In this document: positions 10,464 to 24,000 of the stretch, in pieces
Position numbering within the stretch: the first letter of the stretch is position 1
Layout: the number at the start of each line of letters is the position of its first letter
Assembly (NCBI RefSeq): GCF_016432865.1
Contig: NC_067399.1
Coordinates: forward strand, 628,308,001-628,372,000
Length of the DNA stretch: 64,000 nt
Reading direction: 5' to 3'
Origin: Antechinus flavipes
Lineage: Eukaryota
Notes under the pieces: generated by a model
Databases searched by the model: none
What the model saw: the letters and a program-made list of their open reading frames with translations, nothing else
Told to the model about the DNA's origin: nothing
Translations under genes and position numbers: made by a program

Positions 10464-10900
10464 AAAATTTCTGTCCTATCCACTAAAAAAGTGGATTGAA
10501 TGATGTGATAATATTCATATATAACCTTTTATATTAGCTAAGAAACTAACTTTGATTCAGCTATAAGTCAGGCTCAATCCAAAATATCTAAATGCTTTTA
10601 CTTTATTCTGTTCAGAAAAACAGGAAGGTCTGCTTCTTTCTAATCCAGAGCTCAGGCTCTGTTTTTGCTTGCTATTAACTAGCTGTTTGACCTAGTGCTG
10701 TCCAGTCTTCTCTGTGAATGAGTTTCCTTTATCTATACAGTAAGATAACTGGAAATAGGATCTATAGGATCCCCACTCACATATAAGACATGTTCCTAAA
10801 TAATTCATAGGACTATATGTTCAGAAACCTAGGAGGTTTCTAGGTTAACCATATTTTAGAGGTAAAGAACTTTGTGTCCTAAAGGTGTGTTAAATGACTT

Positions 10901-11047
10901 TTTTTTTTTTTTACCTCTGAGGCAATTAGTGTTAACTTGCCCAGGGTTACACAGTTAGGAAGTAGTAATTATCTGAGGTCAGATTTGAATTCAGGTCCTT
11001 CTGACTTCAAGGCGGGTTCTCTATCCACTGTACCACCTACCTGCCCC
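10901..11047 (-). mobile_element. WSINE1-like SINE with TSD, nested in an older MIR-like fragment
   Basis: TSD TGTTAAATGACTT at 10888-10900 and 11048-11060; T-run tail. Confidence 0.85.
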
Positions 11048-12059
11048 TGTTAAATGACTTTTTCAAACACACAGATTGTAAGCATAAGAGCCAGGATTTG
11101 AGCTAATGCTCCTTCCATGACACTGAATAAAATCATCAATGAAATCCCCCTTCCAGAACTCAAAAGGTAAGGGATATCAACAGTGCTTTATAGTGCTGTA
11201 ATATAGAGAAAATTTTCCTCAGATGAAAGGGAAAAGAATACATAACTTCTGTCAAAAAATACTCATTCATATATCAAATCATTAGGAAGCTACCCAATCA
11301 GATTCTTAGAGTCTACAGTACAAGAAACAAGTCTTTCACAACACCTATTGTCTTTCATGTTTGACAGCCACCTTTAATGACAAGCCTTGGGATCAAAAAT
11401 GCTAATACTTTAGTAAGAAAGACTTCCCTTCTCCCAAACTTCTCAGTTGGCTATTTGATATCTGTGTCCACTATAAATATAATCTAATCAGTTATACGGT
11501 AAGAAAATCTTGCCTAGTTAAAATTAAAGGTCATTAATGTCAAAAGTTTGAAGTCAGTGATTTCACAGAAAAATACAAAAGTGCCTGGATATTGGGGCAT
11601 CCTTTGCAAAATTGTAATTTAACAACAGGCACTAAGTTACCTTGAAGGTGGGGGGAGGAAGAGATGGAAAATAGATTATCCCTTCCTTATTTGGCCCCAG
11701 ATAGAGCAGTAATTGTAAGAAAAGAGGGGTCTCCAACATATTGAAGAGTCTGGCTTGCTATCACAAATAAGCCATGTTTCTTCCTGCCCTCCCCTACTTA
11801 GTTCAAAAGTAACTCCTTCCTGAAAAGGGGGAAAGCATGTACCCAACTATTTAGAGGTGTTGAATGAAGAAGAATGGAGAGAGGAGGGAGGTGAGAGTAC
11901 AAAAAGAAGCATGATATTGTACAGTTCGCGGGAGAACAAAGCAGAGAAGACTGAAATCACAGCAAGAAGGAATATGATTGGAATCATGTACCATGACTTG
12001 AACAGAAGTACTAAGTAAGTTAAATAAGTTTCAAGAAACTGATCTTTGGGGGGAAAGAG

Positions 12060-12760
12060 GGGAGGTCTTTAGATGACAAAATTGGTGAGGACACTGGTGA
12101 CAGGATATGAAAATGCTTTGTGTAAATTTAAGATGGAATTCAATAGGAAGAATTCATATGTGGCTTCAAGAATTATCTTCTCCCTCACATAGAAAAGACT
12201 GGAATCATCAGTTAAAAAAAAAACAAAACATCAGAAGGGCTTTTAGGAGGCTGTAAGCTCAATGAGTCTTTTTTGGGACACAACAGCCAGAAAAATGAAT
12301 GGGATCTTGAGCTATACTAAAAGAGGTATGACTTCAGGAATAAGGAAAAGAAAGTCCTTCTGTACCATCAAAAGGTGAATACACTTCTATGGTGATGTTC
12401 AATTTGATAACCACAATATACAAAGGTCATGGAGAAGCTCAAACACCCAGAGGCTGGTAACAAGAATGATGAAATGCCTTACATCTATATCATATGAGGA
12501 TCATTTGGGAAAAAGAAAAACCCAAGGAGTTTAGACTGGAGAAGAGAAGAAAGATGTTGATGATAACTGTCTCCAAATATATAAGGGGTTGCCATTGGAA
12601 GAAGAAATTAATTTTATTCCATTTGGATTTTGAGAGCTGAACAAGGAGGAGTGGATGGTTATCACAGAGAAGTCGATTTAACTTTGTGTTGGATAAAACA
12701 CCCTTACAATAAGAATTATACAAAAAACAGGTCAGACTTCTCTTCAGTGGAGGTCTTTAG
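12060..12760 (+). mobile_element. L3/CR1 LINE 3' fragment
   Basis: CR1-like RT remnants (GATGACAAAATTGG, ctggagaagagaag..gtctccaaatatataagggg); boundaries approximate. Confidence 0.65.
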
Positions 12761-12989
12761 AATACCTCCAATTTTCACATTTCCTAGGATTTTCACAGCT
12801 TTAAAGTTTGCAAAAGTCCTTCCATGTAACCTCACTAATTCTCACAACTCTTTCAATTAAATCATTTTGTTAATCTTACTTTATATATGAAGAAAGTGAG
12901 GAGAGAGATTAAGTAACTGGCCCAGAATTATAGAGATAGTATCTGAGAGAAGAATTGAAATTCTGTCTTCTTGTCTCCAAGTCTGATGC

Positions 12990-15900
12990 TCTAGCCACTG
13001 CACAGAGAAATAAGAGAGGTAGAAGAAAAAATTAGAAAAGAAATGAGAGGTATGCAAGAGAGTTAAGAGTTTAGAAAAGGAAGAAGGAAAAATTGACTGA
13101 AGAAAGAAACTCTTTAAAAAAAATAGAACTAGTCAAATGCAAAAAAAAAAATCCGCTGAAGAAAATACCACCTTTAAAAAATAGAATTAATTGGGGCAGC
13201 TGGACAGCACAGTGGATAGAGCACCAGCCCTGAAGTCAGGAGAACCTGAGTTCAACTCTGAGCTCAAATACTTATGTGTTTCTGGGCAAGCCACTTAACT
13301 CCAATTGCCTCAGGAAAAAAAAAAAAAAGAATTAACCAAATGGAAAAAGAAATACAAATAACTGAAGAAAATTACACATTAAATCTAGAATGAGATAAAT
13401 GGAAATTAATGATTCTATGAGACAGCCAGAATTGGTCAAACAAACTAAAAAGAATGAAAAAAATGAAAGAAAATGTGAAAAACCTCAGTGGAAAAACAGC
13501 CGATCTGGAAAATAGATCCAGGAGAGACAATTTAAAAATTATTGACCTAACTGAAGGCCATGATCAAAAAAAAAAAACAAAAACAACTATAATAACATTC
13601 TTCAAGAGAATATTAAGGAAAACTGTCCTAATATTCTAGGAACTAAGAGGCAAATACTCATTGAGAGAATCCATCAATCTCCTTTGCAAAGAGATCTCAA
13701 AGGAAAAACCCCAAGAAACATTTTTGCAAAACTTCAAAACTCCATCTTAAGGAAAAAATACTGCAAGGTGCCAGACAAAAACAATTTAAATATCAAGGAA
13801 CAACAATTAGGATTACCCAGGATCTGGAAGCTTCTATAATAAAGAACAGGAGGCCTTGAATAAGATATTTTGGAAGGTAAAGGACCTACGGTAACAACCA
13901 AGAATTAGCTATCTAGTGAGACTAAGCATCATCTTTCAGGGGAGGCAATGGATCTTCCATGAAGTCAGAGGCCTTTTATTGAAAAAAACAGAATTAAACA
14001 GAAAATTTAATCTACAAATACAGGACTAAAGGGAAGCATATAAAAGTAAAGAGGGGGAAAATATAAATTATTTAAAGTTTAAACTGTTTATATTCCTAAA
14101 TGGGAAAACTTTATCTGTAACTTTGAGAACTGTATCTATCACTGGGGCAGACAGATCCATCATTTGAATGGAAGGTGTAGTTGTGAATGGACTCCAATAT
14201 GATGATATCAAAGAAAAAGACATCAAAGGGTAAAAAAAAAAAAAAAAAGTCTGTACTGAATAAAGAGGAAAGGGGAGATATAATGGGACAAATTTGATTA
14301 CATAATGAGGCACAAAAGACCTATTATAAAACAGGGAAAGAAGTGAGGCAGAGGAGCATTGTCTGAAGCTTGATCTCAGTAGTTTTGGTTCAAAGAGGGA
14401 ATAACAATCATTCAGTTGGATATAAAATTTATTTAACTCTATAAAAAAAATAGGAGAAAGGGGAAAGAAAAGGGAGTGGCAGAATAAAAGGGAGAGCAGA
14501 AAAATTAGGAAAAAAAGATATGAGAAAGGGAGAGGAAGTGATAGAAGATAAGATAGTGCTGGAGTGATTTAAAAAAACACTACTAAGGACAGGATGGAGA
14601 GAACAAAAGTATATACAAGGAAGAAAATAGGATGGAGGGAAATTTGGAGCTGATAATCATAACTGTGAATGTATATGAGATGAACTATCCCATAAAATGA
14701 AAACAAATAATAGAGTGGATTAAAAAACAGAATCCTAAATTATGTTGTTTACAAGAAACACATTTGACATAGAAAAACACAGAGTAAAAGTAAAAAGCTG
14801 GAACAGAATATATTATGCTTCAGCTGAGGTAAAAAACAACAACAAAAAAAGCTAAGATAGCAATCTTGAACTCAGATAAAGCAAAAGTAGATCTTAATAA
14901 AAGAGATAAGGAAGAAAAGTACATTTTGATAAAGGGTACTGTAAACAACGAAGCAGTAACAATACTAAATGTGAATGCACCAAGTGGTAAAACAGCCAAA
15001 TTCCTAAAGATTTTAAGCCAGTTACAGAAAGAAATAAACAGCAATACTCTACTAGTGAAGGATCTCAATCAGGATCTCAATCTTCCCCTCTCAGAATCAG
15101 ACAAGTCTAACCACAAAATAAAGAAGAAACTAGGGAGATTAATAGAATTCTAGAAAACCTACATAAGATAAACCTCTGGAAAAAAGTGAATACATTCAGA
15201 AAAGAATGCACCTTTTTTTCTTGATAGTATATGGAACCTACACAAAAACTGACTATGTATTAGATCATGAAAATCTCATAGTCAAATGCAGAAAGGCAGA
15301 AATAGCAAATGCTTCCTTTTCAGACCACAATGCAATAAAAATTATATTCAATAAAGGGTCAAGGATAGATTAAAAACCAATTGGAAAATGAATAATCTAA
15401 TTCTAAAGAATGAGTGGATCAAACAATAAATCACAGAAACAATCCATAATTTCATCCAAGTGAATGATAATAATGAGACAACATACAAAACCTATGAGAT
15501 GCAGCCAAAGCAGTTTTTAGGGGAAATTTTATATCTTTAAAGAGATATATGAATAAAATAGACAAAGATGAGATCAACAAATTGAACATGCAACTAAAAA
15601 AGCTAGAAAAAGAACAAATTAACCCCCCAATTAAATACCAAATTGAAATTCTGAAACTCAAAGGAAAGATTAAGAAAATTGAAATTAAGAAAATTATTGA
15701 ACAAATAAATAAAACAGGGTTAGTTTTGTGAAAAAAAAACAACAAAAATAGATAAACCTTTGGTTAATTTGATTAGAAAAAATGAAAGAAAAAAAACAAA
15801 TTACTAGCATCAAAAATGAAAAGGACAAACTTACCACCAATGAAAAAGAAATTAAAGAAATAATTAAGAGTTATTTTGCCCAACTATATGGCAGCAAATC

Positions 15901-16378
15901 CGACAATCTAATCACAATAGATGAATATGTGGAAAAATATAAATTGCTCAGATTAACAGAAAAGAAAATAAATTACTTAAATAGTCCCATTTTAGAAAAA
16001 AGAAATTGAACAAACTATTAATGAACTCCCTAAGAAAAATCTTCAGGGCCAGGTGGATTCACAAGTGAATTATACCAAACATTTGAAGAACAATTAATTC
16101 CACTATTATGCAAATTATTTGGAAAAACAGGTAAAGAAGGAGTCTTGCCAAATTCCTTCTATGAAACAAATATGGTACTGATACCTAAAGCAGGAAGAGC
16201 TAATACAGAGAAAGAAAATTACAGACCAATCAGTCTAATAAATATCGATGCAAAATTTTAAATAAAATATTAGCAAAAAGATTACAGCAACTTATCAGCA
16301 GGATAATACACTATGACCAAATGGGATTTATACCAGGAATTCAGGGCTTGTTCAATATCAGGAAAACTGTTATCATAA
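12990..16378 (+). mobile_element. Older degraded L1 (ORF1 part, spacer, ORF2 endonuclease to start of RT), no 3' end seen
   Basis: ORF fragments TADLENRSRRDNLKII, KGTVNNEAVTILNVNAPSG, YFAQLYGSK; many stops and frameshifts; boundaries approximate. Confidence 0.9.
13191..13327 (+). mobile_element. WSINE1-like CORE-SINE nested in the old L1 ORF1
   Basis: tRNA-like head GGGGCAGCT..CAGTGGATAGAGC..GAGTTCAA, CCAATTGCCTC, A tail; 8-bp duplication AGAATTAA at 13183-13190 and 13328-13335. Confidence 0.85.
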
Positions 16379-18233
16379 AAAAAGAATAGGCAAATGAGAA
16401 CAATAGGTTCCAACAACTATGAAAGTGGCTGAAGCAACTGCTGTAGAACTTAGATCTTTGTCAGATATCCAAGTAGCCAATGTCATCCACTGCATCCTCA
16501 GCCCTGCTACTTGTCTTAATTTGTATCTTGCCACTGTATTTCAATGACTCAGAAAGAGAAAATGAGGCTAATGCACAACTTTGTCTCATTTAAATCCAAT
16601 TCATGAGCAAGTCAAGATATCACCAGTGATGTCATCAGTACTCTTTTGAAAATGAAGGATGAATAATTACAGCAGAAATTTCTCTCAGTTATAGGCTATA
16701 CAACAAAGATTCCTTCCAATTCAACTCTGATTTTGTAAATACCACATCTTTGAACAACAGGGCAGAGACTGGTTCCTGCTCCAGCTTTCATTCTTCCCCT
16801 ACTCTTTTCCTTCAATAATTAGAATAAACAATAATCATGTAAAAATGTTAATGTGCCATCCATGAAAGATTTGAAATGAGCCTACTCCCAAATGTGCCCG
16901 TGATTTATGATTAATGATTATACAAGCTAGAAACTGGATGACAGAGGCTATATTAGAATAACCCCATGTGTGTTGGGAAAAAAGAAGATAAGAGCTAGCA
17001 TTATTAGAGTTTACATACCTGTTTGATTCTGCTGCTAATTGGTGGAAATGGGGGGGTTAAAAAAAAACCCATGCAATTGGAAGACTATTGTCAAAAGTCA
17101 CATACAAGTACAAAAAAACAAAAACAAAAACAAACAAATAAAAAAACACCTCTTCAAATCAACAAACCTAAAGGAAAGAAGCTGATTACAGAGAGAAATG
17201 GAATAAAGTTACATGTACTTTGCTTAAGTAAAAAATTACTTTTCCACAAATCACTTTAATAAAAGAAAAAAATTGGTATTCAAGTAAGGTTAAGTATGAT
17301 TTACAGCATATTTTGCATAACTTTTGTAAATTCATATTAAATCACAAGAAAATTAAGCCTCAGAAAATGGCTGTACCAGTTCTTAGGAGACAGTACAGTA
17401 CAAATGTCTCTGAAGTCAGAGGAAGTGAATTTAAATCCTGTCTCTGATACTTACTCCCTATAATTTGCTGGGTGACCTCAAGCAAGTCACTTAAATCTTT
17501 TTGGTGCTGTTTCCTTATCTGTAGAATGAGGAACTTGGTTTAAGTAGTCTGTGGTATTAGTTCCAGCTTTAGATTTAAGGATCATCCATATCCTATGAGC
17601 ATTCATACAGTCCTGTATGAATGGCCCATACCATCAAAGATAGTTATTTTGATAAAAACAAATCTTTATTTCCGTTCTTTTTGTCATAGTAGATTAATTT
17701 GTTGGACAATTAATCTTTTTTCATGGCCCATTCCACTATAAATCTTTAAGAATCTGGGCTCCACAAAAGTTACAATGTTTACAGACCTCAAATTCACACT
17801 CTCCCCTTAATCAGAGACTAACTTTACACTGAGATGCAACTTTTTATGCTCCTTGCAATTTGACTATCAGTCTAGATCTAAAGTCTTCATGTGAAAGAAT
17901 AAAGGTAACTACATATTTGTCCCTGAATTCCCAGCACACCCACAAAGGTGTGTACTTGAAATAGAAGAGAAATATAGGAGAGTGACCAGTAACCCCTATT
18001 TCACTTCTCAGGTATTCTAGTAATGATCATCAGAACTTTAGCTACTATAAAGTTGACAATCAACTCAGAAGCATGACTCAAAATGGAAAGAAATGCATGA
18101 TTGGCTATGCATTCCTAGAGCTACACTGTAATAGGAATTATTGTTGCAAATAATGTAATAGGAAATGTTGTAATCATGAGTATATCCTAGAATAGCTAGA
18201 ATCATTAAAATCTCCACAGAAGTACACACTTAC

Positions 18234-18304
18234 ACATCACTTTGGGTAGTGTAGATATGATCAAAAAGAGACTCAATTGCCATCCACTTTACAGGAATCC
18301 GGCC
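18234..18304 (-). CDS. RET: RET exon 16 (71 nt), includes M918
   Basis: atAG/GTAAG; GRIPVKWMAIESLFDHIYTTQSD(V). Confidence 0.98.
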
Positions 18305-18674
18305 CTATGGGAGGAAGGAAAAAAAGGAAAAAGACATTCATGTAGCTTATAATCAACTGATCAAACTCTAAATGGAAATGTAATACATAGTGTGGTGAAT
18401 GGAATAACCTATTTTACAACCACATACTATACCTTGCTAGGAAACTCAGGCCCAAATCCTAGAAAACAACTTGGTCAATATGCCTATTTGTTTAGGGCTT
18501 CTCCCTGTGTCTAGCAGCCACTTATCAGAATAAGAAGGGAATTGGCATACAGTGATCCCTTCCACATAGCATGGATTAGAAGAACAGCACCCTTGCAATC
18601 TGGAAAATCCACAAAAAGTTTTTAGGTGCTCCCTTCCTCCTAAAGAAGAAATCTGATTTTACATATGTATGTAT

Positions 18675-18790
18675 TTTTTTTTTTAACTGAGGTACTTGAC
18701 TTGCCCAGAATCACACATCTAGGAAGTATTAAATGTCTGAGGCTGGATTTGAATTCAGGTCCTCCTGACTTCAGGACTGCTGCTCTTCAT
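18675..18790 (-). mobile_element. Partial WSINE1/MAR1-like SINE
   Basis: GGATTTGAATTCAGGTCCTCCTGACTTCAGG B-box region and T tail. Confidence 0.7.
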
Positions 18791-20563
18791 GTGTGGTCTT
18801 CGCCCATTAGAATATAATCTCCTTGAGTACAAGGGTTGCATCATTGCTTGTTCTTAAATCTCTGGTTCTCAGCATAGTGCCTGGCACAGAGTTAACAATG
18901 TCACTTTATCTTGATAATCTTTCTATCCACTCACCTATTTAATTGTCCCTCATTTGAGCCTTGCTTGTAACTCAGCAAACAGCTCCTATAGACCTTATTA
19001 TTCACATTTTGCATTTCAGAAAACTGAGATTAATAGAAAATAAATGTCAGAAGATTTGAAGACAGGTCCTTAGATTATTTTTGTTTAATACAAAACTCTT
19101 ATAATAATAAATATACTCTTCTCCTTTTGTAAAGGAACTTGAAAGTGAGAGAACCCTCTTCAAATAAGTCATGCAATTGATAAATAAGCAGGATTTCTTC
19201 ATATAACTTTTTTTTGGTAGCTTTAGCTTCATACATAGCTAGAGCTCAAGAAGGGAAATATACTGCTTTCACTAAATCAACAACAAAAAAGGACAGTTCT
19301 TAGCACCATGTAGCAAAAAGCATATTTCACATAGTTGTTTTATGGTTCTCATCACTAACATGATGAAAAAACATCATTTTAATGTTATACTATGTTGATA
19401 TTTATTAGATGTAGCATAAATAAGTTACACTAATCATGCCTTGGATATTTACTGCATTTTGCTTCTTCTCCTTCCTGTACTGACCTGCCAGTTCCACCAT
19501 CTCTCTCACTCCTCAAAGCTATTGAATCCATTTCCTTCACAGAGAAATTAAAATCAGGGATCCGAGGCACAGGGTGTAAATAAAATTAGTGAGATAAATC
19601 AATGTGGTTGCATTGAAAAAGGTGATAAAGCAATAGGATTTTCTCAGGATGACAAAAGAACCTAGCACTCTGAGAATCTGGTATAGATTTAGAAATCCAG
19701 AAGTCAACTCGAACTAAAGAGAGCATATTTGTGAGGCTTGGGGCTTCCTAGCACATCATTTTCACCTGCATCTGAGCAGACTAGACTTCACTGCTAAGGC
19801 TGCCTGCTTTGGGGAAAATTTCCAGCTCCTATGAACTACTTTCATGGAACTTTCTACTGAGTATTAGTCATCACTTCTTGTTTATTTTATTTCAGCTTTT
19901 TGTTGGCTAACAGCTATAATTACACAGAAAGAATATCATGACCTTTTCTTCTAAAAACTCAAGATGAAGAACTGAACAGAAGAAAATTATTTAAAAAAAA
20001 AAACATAGCACTAGATGACCTTCAAAAGAAATCATGATTTTTAAAAAAAGTAAATAATAACTGAAAACACATTTAGAGAAAACATGAATGTATTTCAAAG
20101 TCTTTTCTTTGTGATCAGCAAAGAATAAAAGATTATATCTAAAGGGCAAAATGTAACTTTTCTTCTCCCTTCAGTTTAAAAGGATAGGAAAAGTAAACAA
20201 AAATGTCTTTCTCCTTTCCTTCCTTATACAAAATACATTAAATCATCTTGCATTTAGAGTATCTCATTGGTTAAGTGATTGTGTCTTGGAACCATCTGGA
20301 CTTTCCTGAGCAAGGTTATCTTAAAATATTGGAATCTCATTAAACATCATCTTCAGCAAGCAAGATTAGGTATTTTTAAAAACCCTTCCATTTTCAAGTG
20401 GGAGTGAATAGTCTAATGGTGTTAGAATACTTGGTCCTTATAAGACAATTATCAGACCTATCTTTTTATCCCTTTTATACTGGGAATGACATTTTGACCA
20501 TCACTGCACAAATTTTTCCAATGACAAATATTGCCATTGCTTAAATAGCTTCACAAATCCCTA

Positions 20564-20692
<129 letters not shown>

Positions 20693-20861
20693 CTAGAAGA
20701 AAAAAAGATAACAACAACAAAAACTCCCCAATACCTAATAATCCAGAATGACATGTAATGAGATGAGCAATGCTGATTACAAGAGGGGTAAGCACAAACT
20801 CATGATATTTAAGGATGGCTCTCCTTGTAGACCCAGCAAAGCTAGTCTGTAAGCACGGTAC

Positions 20862-21076
20862 CTTCATTTCTGCAAGATAATGCATTCCTCGGGAAATCTG
20901 CCAGGCGAAGGAAATGAGATCTCCCATGGTCAGTGCCCTCTCATCTGGATTGTCCAAGTAGCTAGAATTCCGATTGCCATTACCTCCCATGTAACTGGGT
21001 CCCACCTTCCGGCTTTCCCGGAGGAAGCTCCGCAGAGAACCATACTTAGCATACTCCACAATCAGGTAGAGAGGTC
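20862..21076 (-). CDS. RET: RET exon 14 (215 nt), gatekeeper V804, hinge and kinase insert
   Basis: ttAG/GTACC; (G)[71 protein letters not shown]. Confidence 0.98.
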
Positions 21077-24000
21077 CTAAAGGGCAAAAGAACACAGGTC
21101 AGTTATGGAAGTGGTTGAAGTATGGAAGGAATTGAGCTATCCACATACTCAAGAACAAGCATGGCTCTATGTATTGAGTCTGGTTGTTCCTATAATGTAA
21201 TTTGGATGTAACAGAATTGTTCTTCTTCCAATGTCTCAAATCAACAAATAAATTTAATTCCTACTAAATATAAGGAACTCTGGTAGGCACTAAAAGGGAT
21301 AAAAAGGCTTGAAAGACACATTTTACCATTAAAAAGTGTGTGGGGGGGGGAGAGAGAAAAAAATAGAAGGAGACAGAGAGAGACAGAGAGAAAGACAGAC
21401 AGACATAAAGAAGGGGGATGTTAAGGATAGTGTTCTTATATACACTAAGTTCTTAAGACTTTAATATTAATGAACATGTCAAGTTACATTTCTCCCAGGT
21501 AGAAAATAACAAAGAACAGTATGAGAGCACTTGGGAGCTTTGTGTGAGAAGAACAAAGAACATAGAAAGATAAAGGTGAGAGCACCACAAGCAAACTTCA
21601 TATCTAATTCATAATTTTACCCAATTCCAAGAGTAACTCCAAATCCAGATTATTTCTCAAAGATCTCTGCCTTCAGAGTCATGCTATCTGAAGATATTTT
21701 GAAGTAACTGGGAATGTTTAAGCTAGAGAAAAGAAAACTCAAAGAGGATATGATTCTGTCTTCAAATATTTAAAGGATTGAATTGGAAAAGAGAGATTGG
21801 ATTTGGTTTGTTTGTTTCTCTGACCCCAGAAGTGAGAAACTAGGATAGTGAAAGCATGTTGCAATATGTGTGTGTGTGTGTGTGTATACACGATATATGT
21901 ATATAAGTGTATATATGTGCGTGTGTGTGTGTGTCTCTATAACATATACAAGGGATAGCTATTAGATCTTGGATTTCATTGGTATAGGAAACTCTCAGGT
22001 GAGGAATTTTCTTCTACCAGGTTGGGACCGTCTCTGTATCTTATAACCTTAAGGAGTACGTAAGGAATAACTAAAATGTTACATGATTTGCCCAGGACCA
22101 CACAGATAGTATCAGAGATTTGGACTTGGACTCACATTTTCCTTATAGGCTCTGAGGGTAGCTCTCTATTATATCAAAGTGTTTCTCACTGTCTCAAGCA
22201 AGAGACGTGATGAGAGGGAAAGTAGAAAAACTCCTATGAAAAGAAGAGGGAAACATCTCTGTCTCCTGAGTTGCCTCATTTGCCTTCTTGTCCAAGCTAT
22301 GAAGGCTATGAACACATGGCCACTTCTTTCTTCGGTTTATTATGTACTATCTTGGATGACTGGATATCCAGAGATAAAGCTGATTATATCAACATCTGAA
22401 GATAGAAGAGCTGGAGCCCCAGCAGCATTGCTAGCAGTGTCCACAAGAACAGAAATTGCCAATAGCAACATTTGCATTGAAAACCAAGAACAAACTGCAA
22501 TTGTTCCTTCCATATCATGACTTTCCCCATCATGGATGGGGCACTTGGGAGCTTTGATATACCTTGGGTTGGCTTAACAAATTAAATAGAAATTTGGGGA
22601 AAGTTTTGCCAAAGCTGCAGACAACACATATTCAGACCAGCAGATGATACAGACAAAAGTTTAGAAACTCAGAAATGCATATGCATAGTATTGTACAATA
22701 TCAACATATTTTATTTTTAATACCATAATAATTCAGACTTCTCTGGTCCCAAGTGAGGATCAAAAATTTTTATGCAGATTTTATTTTATTATTTTATCCA
22801 GATTTTCCAGATCATGATGGGTACCATGTCCCTAACTCCTACAATATGGAGAGGATAACTATAGATCAGCTGGAGAAAGACTGTTTCAGGGAGTATGACT
22901 CCTCAGTGTGGAGAGAACTAATACTTGATATGTATGAATTGTAAAAATGCCAGCTCTTGGAGTCCAGCAGAGTTATACCTAAGAGAAACTTCATAAGGAT
23001 TCTACAAAGGAGCAAAAGGACTTTCAGTGACCATAATCTGTGAGGTTCCCCTTTGTCTTGCATAGTCCCTTTCATACATCTCATCATTTTTATTCTTTTT
23101 GCTTGTTTATTTTAGCTCTAGCTCACTCTCCCAATGGACCTTGTATATGAAAGGGGAGAGGAAAGAATATGCCTTTCTTTTCCTTTCTCTCTTTGTAAAG
23201 TTCCCAAACCCACTTTGTTCAGAGATTCAAATTACTTTTATCAGATTATTGAATCTTACTTGCATTTTTCCAATCTGTTTGAAATAAAGGGTGGTTTCAT
23301 AATTTCTAAATGGTTTATCACTATGTGTTCAATTTTTGTTGTTATTGTTTTTTTCTCCTGAAACTCTACTACTATTTTTTCAGGGAATAATTAATTTTGC
23401 CTGATAAGGTACAGGGTAGGACAGTTTCTTTTCTTAACTCTGGAATTTTTCTTCAGGACTCACATACATACAAACACAAAAAAACATGGTAGATTCAAGA
23501 GATAAATAACTACTACATATACATGTATATACATACATGTATGTATACAAAAATATGATAGATTCTAGAGATAATAACTATTACATATACATACTTTATT
23601 ATTTTCTAGCTCATTATAACATGCTACTCTATCATACCTGCTTCCACTGAGATATACTTAGTTTTCCATAGTTCTTGCTAATAAATCTGTTAGCTGTGCA
23701 GGAAAACCCCTGTTTGATGCTTAAGAAACTTGGTTTCCTGGAGTTTCTAGGGAAGCCTTTTCTAGTGTTGACACTATTCATCAGAGTACATATGACCTGA
23801 AATTGGCATATATCTGCTTAAATACTGATACACAGAATATTTATAGCTGTTACATTGATGAAAAGTTGCCTCAAGAAATATAACTTCCTATTTTCATTTT
23901 CTGCTTTCTTTTTCCTCTTTTCCCACTTTTGTTTACCTGTCTCTTCTGTAAATCAATATCACTGTTCTCTCTATAGTTTTGCTGAATTGTCATTCTCTGC

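Noticed and set aside
22179-22520. 113-aa plus-strand ORF in intron 13
   Set aside because: GTG start, no recognisable domain, no splice context, antisense to RET.
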